Shown here piece by piece: positions 43,619-50,638 of a stretch of 64,000 nucleotides of DNA. The DNA lies in contig SCQK01000014.1 of assembly GCA_004321885.1 (NCBI GenBank), positions 64,001 through 128,000 of the forward strand, written 5' to 3'. This DNA comes from Patescibacteria group bacterium. GTDB lineage: Bacteria > Patescibacteriota > Patescibacteriia > Magasanikbacterales > GWA2-37-8. Both the position numbers and the translations under genes were made by a program. How positions within the stretch are numbered: the first letter of the stretch is position 1; each line of letters opens with the position of its first letter. Below the pieces are notes generated by a model that saw nothing but the letters and a program-made list of their open reading frames with translations, did not search any database and was not told the origin of the DNA.

Positions 43619-44709
43619 TTTTGAAAAAAACTAATGGGCATCTAGAAAAACCTTTTATAAAAAATAGGGAGATTTTGCGGAAAATAGAATTTATTTCTCA
43701 TAATATTCAAAATCGAGCCGGCGTCCGCCTTATTATGTCTTGCTTACTGGCGAAACTTGACGATCCAAAAGTTGATGTAAGAAAACCTTATACGGAGATT
43801 GGCAGTCGTGATAGTTTTTCGGGCAGAACATATGACGAGGCCTATGTCGGCAGTTTTATCACTAAACATCACTTGCCGTGTAATCCAACAACAGCGTTTT
43901 TGACGCCAGCTCTACGTAATAGAAATATTGTACTTACGCCAAAAGTAAATTTAGTCGGCAGGCCACCAGAAATTTATCAATACGTTCTCGACCTCCTAGA
44001 ATTAGTATTTAAAGGATTTCTTGCCCCAGCCATTCTGCTTGCGGAAATAATGCGACAACTTGTTCTTTTACGAGATGAAAATCAAAAACGTATAAAATCT
44101 TTGTTAAAGAATCTCGGGAAAAATGGTAGTGTGCCTCTTTCGGGTGAAGACATAATAAAACTTATTGAGCAACATTTAAATTGCAAAGGAGCCAGCAGAC
44201 TTCCCGTACTTATCGTGGCCGCTGCTTACAACACTATTGGAAATTTCATCCAAGAAAAAGTATTACCTATCTTTTCTCACAATTCTGCAGATAAACAAAC
44301 TGGTGCGCTCGGCGATATACAAATTACGTTAATTAATGACGAGAATGTAGTAACTAGTTATGAGATGAAGATGAAGAAGGTCACAAAGGACGACATTGAT
44401 ATCGCTCTGCAAAAAATTTCGGGAGTTAAGTACAAAATAGATAATTATATTTTTATAACGACGGATATAATAGATGATTCGGTAAAAGAATATGCGAAAT
44501 CACTTTATGAGCAAACCGGCGGAATAGAGATAGTTGTCTTAGATTGTATTAGTTTTCTTAGGCATTTTATTCATTTATTCCACCGCTTCAGATTGCCATA
44601 TCTTGAAGAGTATCAAAAGTTGGTGATGGGTGAAGCAGACAGCGCGGTCAGTCAGCCCCTTAAAGAGGCATTTCTTGCTCTTCGACAGGCAACAGAAAGC
44701 GCGAATTAA
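43588..44709 (+). CDS. putative type II restriction endonuclease (PD-(D/E)xK-like)
   Basis: Overlaps the MTase 3' end. Candidate GD...(17 aa)...EMK motif (ALGDIQITLINDENVVTSYEMKMK). Confidence 0.45.
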   Translation: MEKAAKILDIILKKTNGHLEKPFIKNREILRKIEFISHNIQNRAGVRLIMSCLLAKLDDPKVDVRKPYTEIGSRDSFSGRTYDEAYVGSFITKHHLPCNPTTAFLTPALRNRNIVLTPKVNLVGRPPEIYQYVLDLLELVFKGFLAPAILLAEIMRQLVLLRDENQKRIKSLLKNLGKNGSVPLSGEDIIKLIEQHLNCKGASRLPVLIVAAAYNTIGNFIQEKVLPIFSHNSADKQTGALGDIQITLINDENVVTSYEMKMKKVTKDDIDIALQKISGVKYKIDNYIFITTDIIDDSVKEYAKSLYEQTGGIEIVVLDCISFLRHFIHLFHRFRLPYLEEYQKLVMGEADSAVSQPLKEAFLALRQATESAN

Positions 44710-44802
44710 TGCAATAAAATAGTAAAAATGCAACCTTTTTCGGTGTGCGACGTTATATTATTGGGAGCTAAATATGACGATTATTAAAAAGTGTTTATCT
44801 TT

Positions 44803-45447
44803 ATGGATATTGAAGCCGAAAAAGAACAAATCGTGAAGGCCCAAAGTAATATCAAGGAGTTTGCGCCTTTATTTGATGAATATTACCCCCAAATACTTAA
44901 ATATTTAATAGGGCGTATCCGCAGTGTGGAAATTGCCCAGGATATTGCATCTGTTACATTCTTGAAAGCCTTAGAGAATATAAAAAAATTTAACTGTCGG
45001 GGGATTAGCATATCATCGTGGCTGTACCGAATAGCTACGAACGAGGTCACTACATATTTTAGAAAAAATAAAACCCTTTCACTCGATGAGATAAGGGCAT
45101 GTGAAAATTTTGATCCGCCCGCTATCGGCAACCCGTACATTGAAATTGTCCAGGCGCAGGAAAAAATTGAAAATGATAAAAAATTTTTGAATCTACAAAA
45201 TGAGATTCTAAAATTACATATAAATTATCAAGAAGTCATAATGTTGCGATATTTCGAGAAAAAACAAATAAATGAGATAGCAGAAATTTTAAATAAAAGC
45301 GAGGGGACGATTAAATCTCTCCTCCATCGAGGTTTGAAAAAATTAAAAAAAAATTTTCAACTACACAACAGTGACGCCAGAACGCAACCTTTTCAAAATA
45401 AAAACGTTCTAAATATAGAACAGGTACTAGTACCCATAAAATTATGA
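44803..45447 (+). CDS. ECF-type RNA polymerase sigma-70 family factor
   Basis: Region 2 (WLYRIATNEVTTYFRK) and region 4 HTH (EVIMLRYFEKKQINEIAEILNKSEGTIKSLLHRGLKKLK). Confidence 0.75.
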   Translation: MDIEAEKEQIVKAQSNIKEFAPLFDEYYPQILKYLIGRIRSVEIAQDIASVTFLKALENIKKFNCRGISISSWLYRIATNEVTTYFRKNKTLSLDEIRACENFDPPAIGNPYIEIVQAQEKIENDKKFLNLQNEILKLHINYQEVIMLRYFEKKQINEIAEILNKSEGTIKSLLHRGLKKLKKNFQLHNSDARTQPFQNKNVLNIEQVLVPIKL

Positions 45448-45686
45448 ATGACCTACAGGAGTTAGAAAAAATGTTAGAGGAGATCGAGGTTCCGTCTGTG
45501 GACTTAAATATAAATAAGGAGTTGTTGAAGAGTTACCTATTTAGAAATGAGCGGGTTGAATTTGAGAGCAGCAAACAAGATAACTCCATATTTGCCCCGC
45601 AGTTTGAATTTTTACCTTGTCCGTCATTTACGTATGATTATTTAATTAATGATTTTAATTCAACTACATATGTCCTTAGTTATTAA
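45444..45686 (+). CDS. small hypothetical protein, translationally coupled to ECF sigma (candidate anti-sigma/partner)
   Basis: ATGA start/stop overlap with the sigma gene. 80 aa. Confidence 0.4.
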   Translation: MNDLQELEKMLEEIEVPSVDLNINKELLKSYLFRNERVEFESSKQDNSIFAPQFEFLPCPSFTYDYLINDFNSTTYVLSY

Positions 45687-46632
45687 TGTAACCACACCCG
45701 AAGGAATTGTGTTAGCAGCTGATAGTCGTCAAAGCTACCGCAACCAAAAAGGCGCAGCCCGTATAGGCAGCGATAACGCTTCGAAACTGTTTAAATTAAA
45801 CGACCGGATAGCTGTTGCAGCTACAGGCATGGCCTTTTTACCTGAAAAAGGAATGCTTAAAAATATAAGTAAATTTATAGAACAATTTAAAAAAATTGAA
45901 ATTGAAAAAATAGAAAATATATCAGTTAAGGAAACGGCAGAAAAAATTCATGAATATTTCAAAAGTATATACAAAGTAGAAGACCAGATAAGGGCAATTG
46001 AGCAGCAAATTACAAATGATATCGCAAAAAACGGGGGTAAAATATTGAGAACAGACGCTAAAAAAAATATAGTTATTGTAGAGTTTGAAGATGCAAATGG
46101 GAAAAAAGGTGTTGCCAACGTAGTTCTGGAGCCCTTGAATTTCATGGTGGCTGGTTTTAATAGCAATTTCGATTCGCACGAGGTTTACACGTGTAGAATA
46201 CCGGGGGGGATAGAATTAAAAAGAAATAGTAGCGTGGATAATAAAGAGTATGGCGCCTCGTGGGAAGGGCAAAATGATGTGGTAGCGCGAATTGTCTTGG
46301 GTTTTGATCCTAGGATAGGGAATATAAAATTTGTACAAGAAGCAGCGGAAAAAATTGGGAAGGATCAAATTAATGAACAGCTTAGAAATTTAGAATACGC
46401 AATACAATGGGGCACCATGACTTTGCAAGATGCTATCGACTTTTGTGTGTTAATTATAAAAACAACCTCAGCCATTCAAAGATTTTCGGATGGCATTAAA
46501 GCTGATCCTGGTGCAATCCCTGGCGTGGGCGGCTCCATCGATGTGGTGGTCATCAGACCAGAAGAGGGGTTTAATTGGGTAAGTAAAAAGAAGTTATCTA
46601 TCAATGAAAATTGTTCAGAAATAAATTTTTAA
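45670..46632 (+). CDS. proteasome beta-subunit/HslV-like Ntn-hydrolase family protein with C-terminal extension
   Basis: MSLVINV-TTPEGIVLAADSRQS...SKLFKLNDRIAVAATGMA aligns with the 20S-beta TTIVG..GVVLAAEKR...RKIFQIDDHIGCAMSGLA (Thr1, Asp/Glu17, Lys33). Confidence 0.5.
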   Translation: MSLVINVTTPEGIVLAADSRQSYRNQKGAARIGSDNASKLFKLNDRIAVAATGMAFLPEKGMLKNISKFIEQFKKIEIEKIENISVKETAEKIHEYFKSIYKVEDQIRAIEQQITNDIAKNGGKILRTDAKKNIVIVEFEDANGKKGVANVVLEPLNFMVAGFNSNFDSHEVYTCRIPGGIELKRNSSVDNKEYGASWEGQNDVVARIVLGFDPRIGNIKFVQEAAEKIGKDQINEQLRNLEYAIQWGTMTLQDAIDFCVLIIKTTSAIQRFSDGIKADPGAIPGVGGSIDVVVIRPEEGFNWVSKKKLSINENCSEINF

Positions 46633-46656
46633 TAAATTATTTTTAACTAATAGTTT

Positions 46657-47301
46657 ATGAAAAAACCTCTTTATATAATGCTCCATCACTCGGCTGTTTC
46701 ATACGACAAAAATCCAGATCAATTTGATGCAAATAATAATTACCATAAAGCACAGTGGAATTTTAAAGGTTCCCTTGGTTTTTATCTTGGTTACAATTAC
46801 GAAATATCTAAAACCGGCCTGACACGACAAGCCCGAGCAGACGGTGAAGTTACGGCAGCATGCTATCAAAAAGATATGAACGATGGTAGGTGTATACATA
46901 TTTGTATGGATGGCCACTTCGATCAAGAAAAACCAACGCCAGAACAAATAGAGGCGTTAAGAAAATTGCTAAAACAAAAATTCGAGGAGCACAATATCAA
47001 AAGAGAGAACTTAATTTTTCATAGGGATTACGCCCCTAAAACCTGTCCGGGGTCTAATTTAGACATAAAAAATATTCGCGATCTTGCCACACCGGAAGGC
47101 AATGAATTGTACGCAGCCGCATTGACGCTTATGAAAGAGAATAATTCACCAGCTATTTACTTTTTCGGTTTTGATAATATGTGGCACGGACTTGGGGATA
47201 TGGATATTTTAAAATCATTAAAAGGAAACTATAATCCAGTAGAAATAATGAAAGTAGAAAATCTCCCTGATAATATTTCATTTTCAATAGGCAAACAATA
47301 A
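46657..47301 (+). CDS. N-acetylmuramoyl-L-alanine amidase, Amidase_2/PGRP (phage T7 lysozyme-like)
   Basis: Zn-ligand pattern LHHSA...HRDYAPKTCPG. 214 aa. Confidence 0.75.
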   Translation: MKKPLYIMLHHSAVSYDKNPDQFDANNNYHKAQWNFKGSLGFYLGYNYEISKTGLTRQARADGEVTAACYQKDMNDGRCIHICMDGHFDQEKPTPEQIEALRKLLKQKFEEHNIKRENLIFHRDYAPKTCPGSNLDIKNIRDLATPEGNELYAAALTLMKENNSPAIYFFGFDNMWHGLGDMDILKSLKGNYNPVEIMKVENLPDNISFSIGKQ

Positions 47302-47420
47302 AAAGCTGCGTTTCCGCCAAAGCCGAGCGAAGCTCGGTATCCCGCCGCAACAAGTAGCGTCGGGATGAAAAACTGGAAATCGTCATTCGTCGGAGATCCC
47401 TCCGCCCAAGGCGGGCAGGC

Positions 47421-47550
47421 ACCGCGGGCGGAAGGAAGGGGTGTGGGGAGGGAATTCCGCCCGCGCCCTAAAATTCGCCCAAATCCGTTCGTATCTTTTC
47501 ATAAGTCCCGAGCAAAAGTAAAAATACTGGTAATATCCAGTATTTTTTGT
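47421..47550. repeat. right ~130-bp inverted repeat (inverted copy of 42221..42350)
   Basis: CCGCGCCCTAAAATTCGCCCAAATCCGTTCGTAT...AAAAATACTGGTAATATCCAGTATTTTTT. The hairpin loop is retained in the same plus-strand orientation. Confidence 0.7.
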
Positions 47551-47573
47551 TACTATGTTAGTAAATAAAATTT

Positions 47574-48197
47574 ATGCTTGGCCTGACAAAATCCGAACTG
47601 AAAATTTTAAAAAGACTCAACACGCCCATAAAAATTCAGAATTTTTTGGATACCTTTCCGATAAATTGGGAAAAGAAAGGCGAGACATACATGTCGCCCG
47701 GCCGGTCGCTTGGCGCGCGCAAGATACATTGTTTTGAGGGCGCGCTTTTGGCGGCCGCGGCTTTGTGGATAAACGGCGAACAGCCGTTGCTTTTAGACCT
47801 AAAAGCCAAAGGCGACTTTGACCATGTGGTGGCGCTGTACAAACGAAACGGCTATTGGGGGGCGATAAGCAAAACCAATCACGCCACTCTGCGTTGGCGC
47901 GACCCGGTGTATAAAACCCTGCGTGAGCTGGCCGTGTCGTATTTCCACGAATACTTTGACAACAAGTTTTACAAAAAACGCCTGGTCAGTTTTTCCCGGC
48001 CGTTTAACTTAAAAAAATACGGCGCCAAGTGGATGGCGGCCGAAGAAGACCTGCACGAGCTGGTGGATGCTTTGGACCACTGCCCGCACGAAAAAATCTG
48101 CCCGCCCAAAAACGCGAAATATATCCGCCGGGCGGACAAAATGGAGCGTCGCGCCGGCCGGCTGATTGAGTGGAAAAAATCTCATCCGCGTACTTGA
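47574..48197 (+). CDS. hypothetical protein (possible Cys-His hydrolase fold, weak)
   Basis: 207 aa. HCFEGALLAAAAL...DHVVALY motifs. No confident family. Confidence 0.45.
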   Translation: MLGLTKSELKILKRLNTPIKIQNFLDTFPINWEKKGETYMSPGRSLGARKIHCFEGALLAAAALWINGEQPLLLDLKAKGDFDHVVALYKRNGYWGAISKTNHATLRWRDPVYKTLRELAVSYFHEYFDNKFYKKRLVSFSRPFNLKKYGAKWMAAEEDLHELVDALDHCPHEKICPPKNAKYIRRADKMERRAGRLIEWKKSHPRT

Positions 48198-48353
48198 CGT
48201 TAGTAGGCGCGTCTCCGATATGGGGCGCGCTGTTTGCGCGGAGTAAGATTTTTTGCTATAATGGAAATGAGCGAAAATAATAAATTGCTTGCAGTTTACT
48301 ATTGAGCGAATGACATTATATGTGGCCGTAGGCCACCTATACTAATTTCATTT

Positions 48354-49274
48354 ATGCAAGCCCAAAGCTATCTGTTAATCGTATTCGCCGGTATTATTAT
48401 CGGTTTTTTGATATTTGACCTGGGTTTTCTAAATCGTCAAAGCCACAAAATTGAATTCAAGCCCGCTTTACTTCAGTCCATTTTTTGGATCGCGGTCGCC
48501 CTTATTTTCGGGCTTTTGATTTTAAGATTCATGGACCAAACCCTGGCCGCGGAATTTTTCAGCGCCTATGTCACCGAAAAAATGCTGTCCGTGGACAATC
48601 TGTTCGTGATGATGCTCATATTCAGCTATTTCGGTCTGGAAGAAAAGTACCACCACAAGGCGCTGTTTTGGGGAATAATGGGAGCCATCATTTTTCGCGG
48701 CATTTTTATCAGCGCCGGCTCTTTCATCGTCGGCCAGTTTCATTGGGTGCTTTACATTTTTGGCGCGATTTTAATTTACACGGCCTTCAAAATTTTGAAA
48801 GACAAAAAAGAAGAGCATATTGATTTCAGCCGCAACAAAGTTATCAGGCTGGCGCGCAAATATCTGCCCTTCACCGCCAGCCATCACGGGGGCAAATTTT
48901 TCTTCAGAGAAAAAGGCAAATTTTTCTTCACCTCGCTGTTTTTGGTGGTACTGCTCGTGGAAGCCACCGACATAATTTTCGCCGTTGATTCCATTCCGGC
49001 CGTGTTCGCCATATCGCAAAATTTATTCATCGTGTTCACCTCCAACATTTTCGCCATCATGGGTTTGCGCGCCCTTTTCTTCCTCATAGAAAACGTCTTG
49101 CACCAATTTCACCACCTGCAAAAGGGACTGTCCTTTATTTTATTTTTCATCGGCGCTAAAATGCTTTCCGGCATTTTCGGTCTGCACATCTCTTCGCTTA
49201 TCTCTTTTGGCATAATCATGTTAGCCCTCGCTTTATCCATAATTCTCTCGGTTGTGTTCCCGAAAAAGATTTGA
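48354..49274 (+). CDS. TerC-family integral membrane protein
   Basis: Multiple TMs with the conserved TerC segment EKMLSVDNLFVMMLIF. 306 aa. Confidence 0.8.
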   Translation: MQAQSYLLIVFAGIIIGFLIFDLGFLNRQSHKIEFKPALLQSIFWIAVALIFGLLILRFMDQTLAAEFFSAYVTEKMLSVDNLFVMMLIFSYFGLEEKYHHKALFWGIMGAIIFRGIFISAGSFIVGQFHWVLYIFGAILIYTAFKILKDKKEEHIDFSRNKVIRLARKYLPFTASHHGGKFFFREKGKFFFTSLFLVVLLVEATDIIFAVDSIPAVFAISQNLFIVFTSNIFAIMGLRALFFLIENVLHQFHHLQKGLSFILFFIGAKMLSGIFGLHISSLISFGIIMLALALSIILSVVFPKKI

Positions 49275-49382
49275 CCGCCCCGGCTTGATTATTTCGCCCT
49301 TTTGTGGTATACTGTTGGCATACCTTAATAGAAATGTCGTCAATTTCTGTTCGGTATATTTTATTCACCAGAGAACATTTCT

Positions 49383-49583
49383 ATGAAAGGCACCATCAAG
49401 ACCATCATTGCCGAGAAGAATTTTGGCTTTATCACGCCCGAAGACGGCGCCAAAGACATCTTCTTTCACGCCACTTCTTTAAGCGGCGTTGAATTCAGCC
49501 AGTTAAAGACCGGCGATGCCGTAAACTTTGATGTGGAAGAATCGGAAAAAGGCCCGCGCGCGGCCAATGTCACGTTAGCTTAA
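49383..49583 (+). CDS. cspA: cold-shock protein (CspA family)
   Basis: MKGTIKTIIAEKNFGFITPEDGAKDIFFH is the RNP1/RNP2 cold-shock domain. 66 aa. Confidence 0.9.
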   Translation: MKGTIKTIIAEKNFGFITPEDGAKDIFFHATSLSGVEFSQLKTGDAVNFDVEESEKGPRAANVTLA

Positions 49584-49595
49584 CATCAAAAAAAA

Positions 49596-49636
49596 CAAAC
49601 CCTGCGCCGACAAAGCGCGGGGTTTTGTTTTTTTGA
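49596..49636 (+). terminator. intrinsic terminator after cspA
   Basis: Hairpin CCCTGCGCCGACAAAGCGCGGGG followed by TTTTGTTTTTTT. Confidence 0.7.
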
Positions 49637-49733
49637 AAAATTGTGCTATACTATTTAGGGCCTGTCGCCGGATACGCTTTCGTGACGAAATGGTATTCGG
49701 CGACAGGCCCATTTATGAAGAAGAATCATTTGT

Positions 49734-50573
49734 ATGAAAAAAATCATTGTCTCTTTGCTCGTGCTGGGAATCGCGGTTTTGGGTTTTGTGTTGTTCAGGG
49801 AATTTAGAAAAAATTTCGGGCGCGTGGCCGGGCCCGCGGGACAGACCGGCGAAACCGCCGGGCCCGAGGCAGGGGCCTACAAAATTTCCGACGCCGCGCT
49901 TAAAGAAGACAGCGCGCGTTATGTTATCATCGCCAAGTATCCGCGCCTCTTGGGCTTGTCGCCTGCGGCCGACAAAAATTTCAATGACGCGATGTTGGCC
50001 TTAATCAATCAGAATGTCAGCGATTTTAAGAAAAATGTGGCCGAAACGCCCGACACGCAGGTAAACAGCAGTCTGGAAACCAACTTTGACATCGTGGAAG
50101 AAAATGAAAATTTTGTCAGCATTCTTTTGATTGTTGATTCGTACGTGGCAGGCGCGGCTCATCCCGCGCGCCGTCTGGCCAGCTTTAATTTTGATTTGGA
50201 AAAAGGCGCGGTGTTTGGGCTCAAAGATGTTTTCAAATCCGGCGCGCCATATTTGGAACGGCTGTCGCAATTCGCGCGCGCCGAGCTTTTAGAGTCCAAC
50301 AAACAGGAGCCGTTTACCGACGAAGCCACCATCAACGCCGGCACCGAGCCGAAAGAGGAAAACTTTCAGGTGATAAATTTTTCCGCGGCTGGCATTGCGA
50401 TAGTTTTTAATGAATATCAGGTGGCGGCCTACGCGGCCGGGCCGCAAATGGTGGAGATTGATTACGAAAGCGTGAAGGATATTTTGAACGAAGAAGGCCC
50501 GCTGGCGCTGTTTTTAGCCAAGACCGAGGAGGAAGCGGAGCCGTCGCTGGATTCAGGGTCAAGCCCGGAATGA
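49734..50573 (+). CDS. DUF4163/DUF3298 (RsiV-like) membrane-anchored protein
   Basis: TM anchor. YVIIAKYPRLLGL is DUF4163-like. VAGAAHPARRLASFNFDL matches the DUF3298 GGAHG hallmark. Confidence 0.5.
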   Translation: MKKIIVSLLVLGIAVLGFVLFREFRKNFGRVAGPAGQTGETAGPEAGAYKISDAALKEDSARYVIIAKYPRLLGLSPAADKNFNDAMLALINQNVSDFKKNVAETPDTQVNSSLETNFDIVEENENFVSILLIVDSYVAGAAHPARRLASFNFDLEKGAVFGLKDVFKSGAPYLERLSQFARAELLESNKQEPFTDEATINAGTEPKEENFQVINFSAAGIAIVFNEYQVAAYAAGPQMVEIDYESVKDILNEEGPLALFLAKTEEEAEPSLDSGSSPE

Positions 50574-50638
50574 CAATAAAAATATTTTTTAATAAATAAA
50601 CTGGATTTTCCCGACTTAGTCGGGGGAATGACAAGTGT

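Larger units (their letters stand above)
42221..47550. mobile_element. ~5.3 kb genomic island bounded by 130-bp inverted repeats adjacent to tRNA-Asn (RM system, ECF sigma, proteasome-like hydrolase, amidase)
   Basis: Inverted repeats at both ends. tRNA-adjacent. The cargo is typical of mobile or defence islands (C-M-R module, phage-type amidase). Confidence 0.5.
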
